Positions 24,701 to 34,638 of a DNA stretch of 64,000 bases are shown here, in pieces (within the stretch, counting starts at the first letter, position 1; the number at the start of each line of letters is the position of its first letter). The stretch covers positions 71,836,788-71,900,787 of the forward strand of contig CM120640.1 of the NCBI GenBank assembly GCA_051362555.1, written 5' to 3'. Both the position numbers and the translations under genes were made by a program. Below the pieces are notes generated by a model. That model was not told where the DNA came from. It saw only the letters and a program-made list of their open reading frames with translations, and ran no database searches. Origin of the DNA: Lingula anatina. Lineage: Eukaryota; Animalia; Brachiopoda.

Positions 24701-27700
24701 GTGTCTGGTGGTACTTGTCATGGTGTCTGGTGGTACTTGTCATGGGGTCTGGTGGTACATGTCATGGAGTCTGGTGGTACATGTAATAATGTCTTGTGGT
24801 ACATGTCATGGTGTCTGGTGGTACTTGTCATGGTGTCAGGTGGTACTTGTCATGGTGTCTGGTGGTACATGTCATGGTGTCTGGTGGTACATGTCATGGT
24901 GTCTGGTGGTACATGTCATGGTGTCTGGTGGTACATGTCATGGGGTCTGGTGGTACATGTCATGGAGTCTGGTGGTACATGTAATAATGTCTTGTGGTAC
25001 ATGTCATGGTGTCTGGTGGTACTTGTCATGGTGTCAGGTGGTACATGTCATTGCGTCTGGTGGTACGTGTCATGGTATGTGATGGTACATGTCATGGTGT
25101 CTGGTGGTATGTGCCATGGTGTCTGGTGGTACATGTCATGATGTCTGGTGGTACATGTCATGGTGTCTGGTGGTACATGTGGTGTCTGGTGGTACATGTC
25201 ATGGTGTCTGGTGGTACTTGTCATGGTGTCTGGTGGTACATGTCATGGAGTCTGGTGGTACATGTAATAATGTCTTGTGGTACATGTCATGGTGTCTGGT
25301 GGTATTTGTCATGGTGTCAGGTGGTACATGTCATTGCGTCTGGTGGTACGTGTCATGGTATGTGATGGTACATGTCATGGTGTCTGGTGGTATGTGCCAT
25401 GGTATTGGTGTCTGTTGGTACATGTCATGATGTCTGATGGTACATGTCATGGTGTCTGGTGGTACATGTGGTGTCTGGTGGTACATGTCATGGTGTCTGG
25501 TGGTACTTGTCATGGTGTCTGGTGGTACTTGTCATGGGGTCTGGTGGTACATGTCATGGAGTCTGGTGGTACATGTAATAATGTCTTGTGGTACATGTCA
25601 TGGTGTCTGGTGGTACTTGTCATGGTGTCAGGTGGTACTTGTCATGGTGTCTGGTGGTACATGTCATGGTGTCTGGTGGTACATGTCATGGTGTCTGGTG
25701 GTACATGACATGGTGTCTGGTGGTATGTGCCATGGTGTGTGATGGTAGATGTCATGGTGTCTGGTGGTACATGTACCTTTGCTGATCCCATATCTGATTT
25801 TTTAGGGTGATGACAAAGAAGAAGAGGAAGAAGCTTCTTTCACAATCAATTTTGACAGCACTGTTGATGTATGTAGAGAAGTGCATGAGGTTGTGGTTGC
25901 TGTTAGTTTGTTCCAGGATCAGGAACAAGTGTTCATGATTTGCTTAGTGACAGGTTCAAATGAACTTATAGCATGTGTTTGTTAATTGCAATTATCACTC
26001 ATTTTGTTTTTCATATCTGTTAACAATAGAACACTTACTGTATTTAGTGCTGCATTTGTTACCCTCAGGCCTGGTTGTGATTTTGACATATGGATACTAC
26101 AATAATTTTGAAAATTGCTTTAAATTAATTGCAAACCCTCTTAAATATGAGGATTTTTAGGTTACAATATAACCAGTAATTGATTAATTTTCTTGTTGGC
26201 AAATTTTTCGTAATCATCCCAGTAGATTGTTATATTTGTACAGCAGTGGTGTTCTCTGTCTGTGCATCTATATTTGTACAGCATTGGAGTTCTCTGTCTG
26301 TTCATCTATATTTGTACAGCAGTGGAGTTCTCTGTCTGTTCATCTATATTTGTGGACACAAGTATATTTGGCTGTTACCAAGAGCCCTTTGACAATTTCA
26401 TTAAAACCACCTACAGGAATTCCAACATACAGTAGAACACTTTCATATTCTGAGTATTTCAGCTAAACCACCTACAGGATTTCCAACATACTGTGGAACA
26501 CTTTCATATTCTGAGTATTTCAGCTAAACCACCTACAGGAATTCCAACATACAGTAGTTCACTTATTTCCACAAACATGCAATTTTTGATAATACCCACA
26601 ACTTTTAATAGGCTGTTAGGAGAAGGCCCAAGTGGATTTATTAGATCAAAGAGGCATTGAGTTAATTCATGGGGAAAATCCTTTTAGAAAAAACATGCTA
26701 TTTCTAATACAGTGTGTGACTTATGATACAAGGACCTATTCATTCTATGTCATAGTTTATTGCACTCTATTGAAATAACCTTTAACTTCAGTCCACTGAC
26801 ACACCATGTCAGTTAATGTGGGTTTGCAACTCATTCATGTAATTCAGTTTTCCTACTGAGGTGTTATTAGAGGTTTACTAATCATACCAAGTGGTAGTTC
26901 TAGAGTGTTTTTGGAACTATTTGTGTGGTAAGTCTAGTATAATGTTCAGTGTATAAGAATATATATATATATATAAATATTGATGTGTAACATGAGGCCT
27001 TAAGCGTATAAAATTGAATATTATGACCACCCAAATTTTAAAGCTTTCATGAATATACGTAGATAATTTATTACTAATAGCTCTCCTTATTTTGTTTACA
27101 GAAGGTCTTTCCAATGCACTGATATATATTCACACCTTTAAAAGTTATATCTTGGGCACATAAGCAAAAAAATCTTTCTTATCGCCAATAATCTTGGTCT
27201 TGTTTTTTTTTAACCAAAACTTAAGAGATTTAAATTTTCTGTCTAGATATTTCTTTTCACCCTTTTCTGTGTTTAACTCGGGACAAAAATTCTGAGGTTC
27301 TCCTGCTGATGTCAGTTGAACTGGGATTACAGCCTGGTGTTGTTTGAAAGTATAAAGTATGATAATAATCTGATATTCTGTGTGTAGAAAGAAGAAAATG
27401 AGGATGAGGAGGGACCAAAGGAGAAGTCTGAAGATGACAAATCTGCTGAGGATGAGGAGGAGGACAAAGATAAATCTGAAGGAGGATCTGAGGAGGAAAA
27501 GGAAGATAAAAAGTTATCAGAAGAAGAGGAATCCGATGAGGAGTCTGAAGAAGAAAAGCCCAGGAGTGGTGGATTGTTTTAACAGCATAGTGAGTTCTCA
27601 TGTCATGATATGTGATGTGCTTAGACTTCATGAAGAACTTCTAACACTGTTCAGGAAGACCTTGTGGCAGAGAGCTCTTACAGCATGATAAGCTTAGACT

Positions 27701-29917
27701 TAAAATGGAACTTACAACAGTATTCATTTAAAAGCGTGGCAGTGAACTCTTGTGTCATGGTGTGTTTAAGAGTTCAGGAGGAACTGCTGTCATGAGTTTC
27801 CATTGGTTGCACGTCATGAAAAACGTGTCACTGATATCCTACAGCATGATGTGATTAGAGTACATGAAAAACTTGTGTCAGTGAGCTCTTACAGCATGAT
27901 GTGATTAGAATTCATGAAGAACTGGTGTCAGTGAGCTCTTACAGCATGATGTGATTAGAATTCATGAAGAACTGGTGTCAGTGAGCTCTTACAGCATGAT
28001 GAGATTAGAGTACATGAAGAACTGGTGTCAGTGAGCTCTTATAGCATGATATGATTAGAATTCATGAAGAACTGGTGTCAGTGAGCTCTTACAGCATGAT
28101 GTGATTAGAGTACATGAAGAACTGGTGTCAGTGAGCTCTTACAGCATGATGAGATTAGAGTACATGAAGAACTGGTGTCAGTGAGCTCTTACAGCATGAC
28201 AGGGGCGGATTTAGGCCGTCTTCTGGGTCTTCCGGAAGACGGTCAGATTTTCAAGTTAACATTGTCAGGCATCTAATGTTTTCTATCGGAAGACGGTCAA
28301 AAATGGAGGATGGATTAACAAAGATAATGTGGAAGACTGTCAGAAAATATATCTGGATCCGCCCCTGCATGATGTGATTAGAGTACATGAAGAACTGGTG
28401 TCAGTATAAGCTTTATTGAGAAGTTGATATAACATAATCATCCAAATGTGAGTGGGGTATTGTGCAACAACTTGATATAAAATAATCAGCGAAATGTTAG
28501 TGGAGTATTGTGCAGCATGTTGATATAACATAATCAGCATTGTGTCAGTGCAGTTTGATATAACATAGCATTTTAAGGCAGAATGAAAAAGTTGAATTGA
28601 TTATCAAAGGAAGTTTGCTTGTAATTGTTTACATTTTCAGAGTAGCCATGAAGTTGATTATAGCATATTATATCAGATGAACATGTCTGTAATTGTTGTT
28701 TAGCACTGGTTGCAGCATTTCAAGTCATATGGAAGATTTATAAATTCTCAAATAAGAAGAGGCTAAATAGCATCACTTTTACTTTCAATTAGTTTATATT
28801 GATGTATTTAGAATACTTCTATATATAACTTTAATTCTTCAGGAATCAGCACTCAGCATGGCAAGGTTCACATGGAAGTAGCACACTGTTTTACAGGTCA
28901 TATTGAGAATGGAACTTAAGTTTTTGTTGTATTTTAATGTCTCATCCTACTGCATACTTTATACTCTCAATTTCATGTGGAATAGTTTCAGTTTCATGTG
29001 GAATGGTCAAAATGACTTCAACCGTGTTGTTGCTGAGCACTGTAAAGTGCAAGGTGGTGATTGATGATCATGATGACTGCCCAAATGCAGTTGGAGGGGG
29101 AGACTTAAGTATGGTTATTGTCATAATTCACTAATTCTTAATATTTTTGTTTCAGACATCAGTTGAAGACGAAATAAAGTCAGAGGTAAGTGATATGGTG
29201 ATGTACTTGTATGATTTTGTGATCCAAGACAAGCATGCACATGCATGCACGTAGAGAGATGTTGTAATTGTGATGGATGCTACAGCTGGTTGTGTTAGTT
29301 TTGAATACTGATTGTGTTACTTGTAAATAGTAATTGTGTTGTAATTGTGCTGTATACAGCTGCTTTTGTTAGTTGTGAATACTGATTGTGTTACTTGTAA
29401 ATAGTGATCGTGTTGTAATTGTGCTGTATACAGCTGCTTGAATTAGTTGTGAATACTGATTGTGTTAGTTGTAAATAGTGATTGTGTTGTAATTGTGCTG
29501 TATACAGCTGCTTGTGTTAGTTGTGAATACTGATTGTGTTACTTGTAAATAGTGATTGTGTTGTAATTGTGCTGTATACAGCTGCTTTTGTTAGTTGTGA
29601 ATACTGATTGTGTTACTTGTAAATAGTGATTGTGTTGTAATTGTGCTGTATACAGCTGATTGTGTTAGTTGTGATTGCTTATTACATTGGATGAAAGTTT
29701 TTAAAGATTAAGCCCCCATTACAGAACTGGAGGACTATTTGGTAATTTTTGCTGATGAGAATTAAATGGTTTACACATGACAAATATAAAGGGCTGTTGT
29801 GCATGTTTTCTGTAAGTAGATAGAACTGAGTGTTTGATTTATTGATTTATAAAAAAAAAGTAGGATATATATATTTCAGGTGTACTTGTACATTATATGT
29901 GTATCTTTTAGGATTGA
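15787..29917 (+). CDS. SH3BGR: SH3BGR-family protein (thioredoxin-like SH3BGR domain plus long Glu/Asp/Lys-rich tail)
   Basis: Exons 15787-15831 (MVIKLYMSSLSGSTE), 16289-16474 (IKKKQSKIKDLLESLKIEFEEIDIS...FMRNNS...PIAPQLFNDDKYLG) and 16773-16877 (DYDAFLDATENEQIYEFFQL) give the SH3BGR domain. Phase-0 acidic exons follow at 17298-17354, 19261-19326, 21229-21384, 22104-22139, 25806-25868, 27388-27582 (internal TAA), 29156-29185 and 29912-29917 (GAT TGA). Tail exon usage is inferred. Confidence 0.88.
17408..17592 (+). mobile_element. MITE family A (hAT5-like, 5-bp TSD) with duplicated right TIR
   Basis: CAGGGGCGGAT...ATCCGCCCCTG; TSD TTATA/TTATA; terminal CTCTGGATCCGCCCCTG present twice. Confidence 0.88.
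17962..18090. mobile_element. Fully palindromic PIF/Harbinger-like MITE
   Basis: Near-perfect hairpin of about 128 bp centred on TGATCA. Ends GGGACCGTTCACAT / ATGTGAACGCAGCC resemble Harbinger GGCTGCGTTCACA termini; TTA/TAA flanks. Confidence 0.75.
18435..19001. repeat. 57-bp minisatellite, about 10 copies
   Basis: GACTAGTAGCACCTTGTTTTATCTCATGGACCTGAATACCTAGGTTTTATCTCAATG. Confidence 0.95.
19618..20975. repeat. 39-bp minisatellite, about 35 copies
   Basis: TGTTCTTGATGCCCAGTGTAATTACCAGCTGTGTACTGC; produces the artefactual 481-aa ORF. Confidence 0.95.
23060..25775. repeat. 22-bp minisatellite (about 120 units) with recurring higher-order variant cassettes
   Basis: TGTCTGGTGGTACATGTCATGG; ends about 30 bp before the SH3BGR acceptor at 25805. 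Confidence 0.95.
27590..28410. repeat. 50-bp minisatellite starting at a splice donor, interrupted by a MITE
   Basis: GTGAGCTCTTACAGCATGATGTGATTAGAATTCATGAAGAACTGGTGTCA; degenerate copies from 27590, homogeneous 27880-28200. Confidence 0.85.
28200..28367 (+). mobile_element. MITE family A (hAT5-like, 5-bp TSD)
   Basis: CAGGGGCGGAT...ATCCGCCCCTG; TSD CATGA/CATGA. Uninterrupted neighbouring repeat units show the empty site. Confidence 0.9.
29260..29675. repeat. 74-bp minisatellite, about 5 copies
   Basis: GTGTTGTAATTGTGCTGTATACAGCTGC...GTGAATACTGATTGTGTTACTTGTAAATAGTGATT. Confidence 0.9.
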
Positions 29918-30662
29918 AGATGACCTGGTGAAGAATTCCTTTGTATATGATGAGTTGAAGGCATGACCCAATCTTTTGTACATACAGTATTAGGATGGCT
30001 TCTCACCAGGAAACCAGTGTTCCAAGTGCTCCTCTTTACAATGCAACAGGCTGTGACCTGACTTATTACTGGAGTCAGAAACCTGAACTTCAGGCAGAAC
30101 TGAGATTTACAAAAGAAAATTTAAAATTAAACGAGACTTACCTTGGTTAAGTCGATGTTTGATTGTAATTCTGTGAGTGTAAAAATGAGGGAGGGCTTAA
30201 ATGAGATATGCTTGCGCATGCGTACTCAGCCTTTAAAGCTTGATGTTTTCACATTTTTTTTTTTTAAAGAACATTTTTATTTATTTATCTATTAGTAGTA
30301 TTATGAAATATATATATATATATTTATATCTGTGAGCTGATTACATTGGAATTATATTACTGAGTAAGCTGGGTGGGGAGGGTGGCATTTAAGCCCTCCC
30401 TCATTTTTACACTCACAGAATTACAATCAAACATCGACTTAACCAAGGTAAGTCTCGTTTAATTTTAAATTCTATTTCGTATAAAAATATCGGTCAGTCT
30501 TAAATGAGACTTTAAAGTAAAATGTGACAAACATCAATAAACCAGTATTCAATGGCCTTTATTTCAGCTTAAAATATCGTTTAGAACAGTTTCAACAAAT
30601 CATCAACAGATACTCATGTAAACCTATACATGCCAGTATATACTAGTATATGAAAATGCTCA

Positions 30663-31901
30663 TTACTTCCTTTTTAAAACTCCATATTCAAATGTGGTAG
30701 CTTTATCCTCAATTTGTTTCTCATAGAATTTTGCAAATGTTTTTTCAGTACTCCAACCAGCTTTGTTCAAAATATCTGTCACTGGCACAGAATTCATTTT
30801 TGCCTTTGAAACAGCAGCAGCTCTCACACTGTGAGCACCAAATAAAGTAGTGTCTATTCCCGATTTTGTCATTACAACTTTGATCCATCTAGAAATCGTA
30901 TCTCTTTGAACAGGTTTATAAGGTTTCATATAACTTATAAGCAAATTTTTATCAACATTATGCCTACGCAATGTCTTTGTACGAGCTATATACTCTTTTA
31001 AAACAGTATAAACACACAACCTCCTATCTGGAGGGTAAGCTTTAAACACAATATGTGATGAATTACAACCTGGTCTACTTTGCTTCAGTAAACCACATAA
31101 CTGAAACACAAACTCTGAACTCAACTTTTTCATATCAACAACAGAAATTAAATGCAATGTTTGTACACGTGTGGCATTAATTAATGCCATGAGCATTGTA
31201 AGTTTTAAAGTCAGATCCTTCAAAGTCAAGTGCTTTACTGGTGAAAGTTTCCTTAAGAAAACCAGAACTTTATTAACATCCCAAATTTGAGCATAACGTT
31301 GTCTTGGTGGCCTCAAATTATAAATGCCTTTCATATATCTTATCACCAATGGATGACTCCCTGCTGAAACTCCATCAATTTGAATACCCATTGATGAAAT
31401 AGCACCTCTTGCTGTATTTAAACTGTCATAAGCTAAGCCATCATTAAACTGTTTTGTAAGAAATTCTATCACCTCTTCCACATGTGGTGAAATTGAATTA
31501 ATTTTCCTTTCACCACAGTATTTGAACCAGCGTTTAATGAACACGTTGTATTGTTTCTTTGTTCCTGTACGCCAAGATGACATAAGTATGTGGGTTGATT
31601 GCTCAGAAAGGCCTCGTTCTCTAAACTGTTCCCTGATACTTTGCATACAATGAGTTTCAACTTGTCCATAAGAGGATGTTCCACTGGGAGCTTGTTCCCT
31701 GGTAAAGTTAGCAGACCTTTTTTCTTTTGAATGACTATTGGGTTTTCCACAAGTAATTCCATCAACTTTGCAAACCATATCTGTGTTGGCCATACAGGAG
31801 CCACTATAATACCCCTGGCTTTGTCTTTGCGAATCTTCTGGATACAATGACCCAGCAAACTGAAAGGTGGAAACAGATAAACATAATTCAGTGTTCCCCA
31901 A
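30663..31901 (-). CDS. DIRS tyrosine recombinase (probable start at ATG 31646, MQSIREQ)
   Basis: N-terminal SWRTGTKKQYNVFIKRW segment; catalytic R (ATRVQTL), HSVR, AGWS and FAKFYEK tyrosine. Confidence 0.93.
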   Translation of the reverse strand: MGNTELCLSVSTFQFAGSLYPEDSQRQSQGYYSGSCMANTDMVCKVDGITCGKPNSHSKEKRSANFTREQAPSGTSSYGQVETHCMQSIREQFRERGLSEQSTHILMSSWRTGTKKQYNVFIKRWFKYCGERKINSISPHVEEVIEFLTKQFNDGLAYDSLNTARGAISSMGIQIDGVSAGSHPLVIRYMKGIYNLRPPRQRYAQIWDVNKVLVFLRKLSPVKHLTLKDLTLKLTMLMALINATRVQTLHLISVVDMKKLSSEFVFQLCGLLKQSRPGCNSSHIVFKAYPPDRRLCVYTVLKEYIARTKTLRRHNVDKNLLISYMKPYKPVQRDTISRWIKVVMTKSGIDTTLFGAHSVRAAAVSKAKMNSVPVTDILNKAGWSTEKTFAKFYEKQIEDKATTFEYGVLKRK

Positions 31902-33559
31902 TCATAAGTAAATGCATTAATACCCCAAGCAAAGGGGTCTGCCTGCCATGAACAATATCTTTCAACTTGCGCATTTAATCTAGAGGCAAAAAGATCAATA
32001 AATGGATTTCCAAATTTTTCACATATCTTTTGAAATACATTCTCATTCAACTTCCATTCTAAACGTTCATTAAACTTCCTAGAAGCATCATCAGCATCTA
32101 CATTATCTTTCCCTGGCACATGGACACAGGTGAGCCAAACATTTTTCTCGATACACCAATGCCAAATCTTTTTTGCTATGTTATTGCAATCATAAGATTT
32201 AATTCCACCCATATTCTGAATATAGTCACATGCTGTAATATTATCACTCATGATCTTTACATGTTTATTTTCAAATCTAAATGTAAAAGACTGCAATGCA
32301 TATAATATTGCTAGTAACTCTAAAGCATTTATATGAAGGTTAGCTTCTTCTGGAAACCATCTACCACCAATTTTTTGACCCTCCAAATGAGCACCCCAGC
32401 CTAATTTGGATGCATCAGTATACAATATAATGTCAACATTTCCTTTGTCAATTTTCCTTCTTTGCAAGTGGACGTTTTCCATCCACCATTGTAATTCTTG
32501 CTTCATACTAATTGTAATGTGCATCATAGCATCATAATTTCCATTGTTGCTTTTTAAAGCACTTATCTTCTGCTTTTCAAGTTCTCTATAATGGAGTTTA
32601 CCATATTCAACAGCTGAGAATGTTGAAACTATAATTCCAATAACTTTAGCTACTAGTCTTACTTTTGCTTCTGTTTTAATGATAAGCATTTTACACTGCT
32701 GTACAATGTGATCCATTTTATCTTTAGGTAAAGTCACCGTCATACTTTCAGAATCAATTATATTTCCCAAAAACAACAATGATTGTTGGGGAATAAGGAC
32801 AGACTTTTCTGCATTGATTATAAACCCAAGTGTTTCCATTAGATGTTTTGTGCATCTTATATTTTCAACACATTCAAGGTAATTATCTGAACACAATAAA
32901 CTGTCATCAATAAATCCTGAACTAGAATGGCCAAGACTTCTCAATTTTGCATATACAGGCTTTAATAATTTCGTAAATATTTTGGGCCCTTCAGAAACGC
33001 CATTTGCAAGGCATGTGTATTGATAGATATTTCCTTCCCAAACAAATCGAAAAAGAATTTGCTGTTCTTCTGCTATTTTCACACTATAATATGCATGCTT
33101 TATATCAATTGATGCTAGGAAGCATCCTTTTGTCACTAAGGTCAATGCCTTTTCAAAAGTGTCCATTTTAAAATGTTCATAGGGAATGTGTTGATTCAGC
33201 TTCTTAAGATTTAATATCATTCTGTATTCTCCATTCTTTTTAGGGCGTACAAAAATAGGAGATAAAAACTGCCCCGGTACACTTTGAACTTTCTTAATAA
33301 CACCAAGATCAAGTAGTTTAGAAATTTCTTTCCTGATTATAATTGTTTCTTCTGTGTTAAACCTATATTTCACCATATCATTTAAGTTTTGAAATCCAAT
33401 GTTGGTATCAACATTTATATGACAATTTTGTACTATATCCAAGATATATGGGTCACTGGTCAATTTTCTCCATTCATCTACAAACAAATGCAATCTACCA
33501 GCTTGAAATTTATGTCTCACCTCTAGTATCTGTTCTGATCCCACTGGCTGCTTTGCCAT
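31469..33559 (-). CDS. DIRS pol: reverse transcriptase, RNase H and N6-adenine methyltransferase-like domain
   Basis: RT: SPIFVRPKKNGEYRMILNLKKLN, IDIKHAYY, LANG, FIDD, FLG. RNase H: LYTDASKLGWG, INALELLA, SDN, NVDADDASR. MT: IDLFASRLN...NAFTYDW...YLFPPF...APVWPTQIWF. Confidence 0.95.
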   Translation of the reverse strand: MAKQPVGSEQILEVRHKFQAGRLHLFVDEWRKLTSDPYILDIVQNCHINVDTNIGFQNLNDMVKYRFNTEETIIIRKEISKLLDLGVIKKVQSVPGQFLSPIFVRPKKNGEYRMILNLKKLNQHIPYEHFKMDTFEKALTLVTKGCFLASIDIKHAYYSVKIAEEQQILFRFVWEGNIYQYTCLANGVSEGPKIFTKLLKPVYAKLRSLGHSSSGFIDDSLLCSDNYLECVENIRCTKHLMETLGFIINAEKSVLIPQQSLLFLGNIIDSESMTVTLPKDKMDHIVQQCKMLIIKTEAKVRLVAKVIGIIVSTFSAVEYGKLHYRELEKQKISALKSNNGNYDAMMHITISMKQELQWWMENVHLQRRKIDKGNVDIILYTDASKLGWGAHLEGQKIGGRWFPEEANLHINALELLAILYALQSFTFRFENKHVKIMSDNITACDYIQNMGGIKSYDCNNIAKKIWHWCIEKNVWLTCVHVPGKDNVDADDASRKFNERLEWKLNENVFQKICEKFGNPFIDLFASRLNAQVERYCSWQADPFAWGINAFTYDWGTLNYVYLFPPFSLLGHCIQKIRKDKARGIIVAPVWPTQIWFAKLMELLVENPIVIQKKKGLLTLPGNKLPVEHPLMDKLKLIVCKVSGNSLENEAFLSNQPTYLCHLGVQEQRNNTTCSLNAGSNTVVKGKLIQFHHMWKR

Positions 33560-34638
33560 GAGAAGTTTTTTGAATCTGCATGTGCACCCCTCTGGGAAGA
33601 ACTTCCTCGGCCACGATTGTACCTTCCTCTCATTCGTCCCCTGAATCGTGGGCCCCTTTGGTATGGGCGGTTTCTATAATCCAAGCCCATTCTACTCTGC
33701 ATCATTTTATAACTCATTTTCGCAGAATCTTCCACTTCCCTTGCAGATTTGGTAATATCATCTCCAAAGAGAAAAGTTGTGCACGGAATGTTATGATTGC
33801 ACAAAGGTTTGTACTCTGGCTTGAGGTTTGGTTTTAACAAATCCTTTCTAAAACAGTTAATCTGAGTATTGGCATGACCAAGCAAAGCAATACTGTCATT
33901 GAACATATCAATGAGTTTTCCAAGCCCTTCACTCGTATCATTTCCTGTTTCTAACTTAGCCAGTTTGTCTATTCCTTTAGTCATCAACGTAGCTGCTTTT
34001 ACAACTGACATTTGAACATCCTGTAACTTCTTATCATTTGTTTTGGCATATTGAGGAATAATGTTCCATACCATTTTATTGGTTTTGACTATCACCAAAC
34101 TTTCACAGTTTTTTGGCCGTGAGTTATTTTCATCTTTGGTAAGTTCTGTATACTTTGAATGATCTACTATCCCATTGGTGAACAAATCATTGACACTACT
34201 CGCCAACACACTGTCAACTTCCACGTCTGTATACTCTATTAATTTATATCTCTTCGTCATATCATCAAATCTGTTTGTGCTACTAGTACCTGCCTCCGGG
34301 CATGTTTCATCCTCCAATCTTTCATCATACTGTTCATCAAAGTCATAATTCTCCTCACAATATTCATCGTGATACAGGTACTGTTTCTCTAAAGTATCTA
34401 TGCGTCCCACGACGCTGTTAATGCTCGTTTCCTGTCTCTGCACAGTTTCTTGTATATTTTTCATTATAGTTAAATATTCATCACTGTTATGACTAGATTT
34501 TGCTTTGTCGTCTAGTTTCCCCTTTCCTGTTCTAGTTCTTACTTTCTTTGCTTTAACGTCCTCGCTATTCTTACATGTATCTATTGCGGGTTTTGAAAGG
34601 CCCGGTAAAACAGCACTACACGTGCTTTCGGCCGCCAT
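33523..34638 (-). CDS. DIRS gag-like ORF1
   Basis: ATG at 34638 (MAAESTC); first ORF of the element; RPKNC, LFGDD motif and RG-rich basic C-terminus; overlaps the pol start by 37 nt. Confidence 0.85.
   Translation of the reverse strand: MAAESTCSAVLPGLSKPAIDTCKNSEDVKAKKVRTRTGKGKLDDKAKSSHNSDEYLTIMKNIQETVQRQETSINSVVGRIDTLEKQYLYHDEYCEENYDFDEQYDERLEDETCPEAGTSSTNRFDDMTKRYKLIEYTDVEVDSVLASSVNDLFTNGIVDHSKYTELTKDENNSRPKNCESLVIVKTNKMVWNIIPQYAKTNDKKLQDVQMSVVKAATLMTKGIDKLAKLETGNDTSEGLGKLIDMFNDSIALLGHANTQINCFRKDLLKPNLKPEYKPLCNHNIPCTTFLFGDDITKSAREVEDSAKMSYKMMQSRMGLDYRNRPYQRGPRFRGRMRGRYNRGRGSSSQRGAHADSKNFSWQSSQWDQNRY

Noticed and set aside
22952-25785. Many His/Thr- or Val/Trp-rich ORFs
   Set aside because: Frame-cycling translations of the 22-bp minisatellite.
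27380-27688. 102-aa basic ORF (MCRKKKMRMRR...)
   Set aside because: An alternative frame of the acidic SH3BGR exon; the spliced phase-0 frame is the E/D-rich one.
28843-28865. Possible extra SH3BGR micro-exon (TCTTCAG|GAATCAGCA...)
   Set aside because: Weak donor (GTTCAC), 23 nt would shift the frame, and the composition is not acidic.
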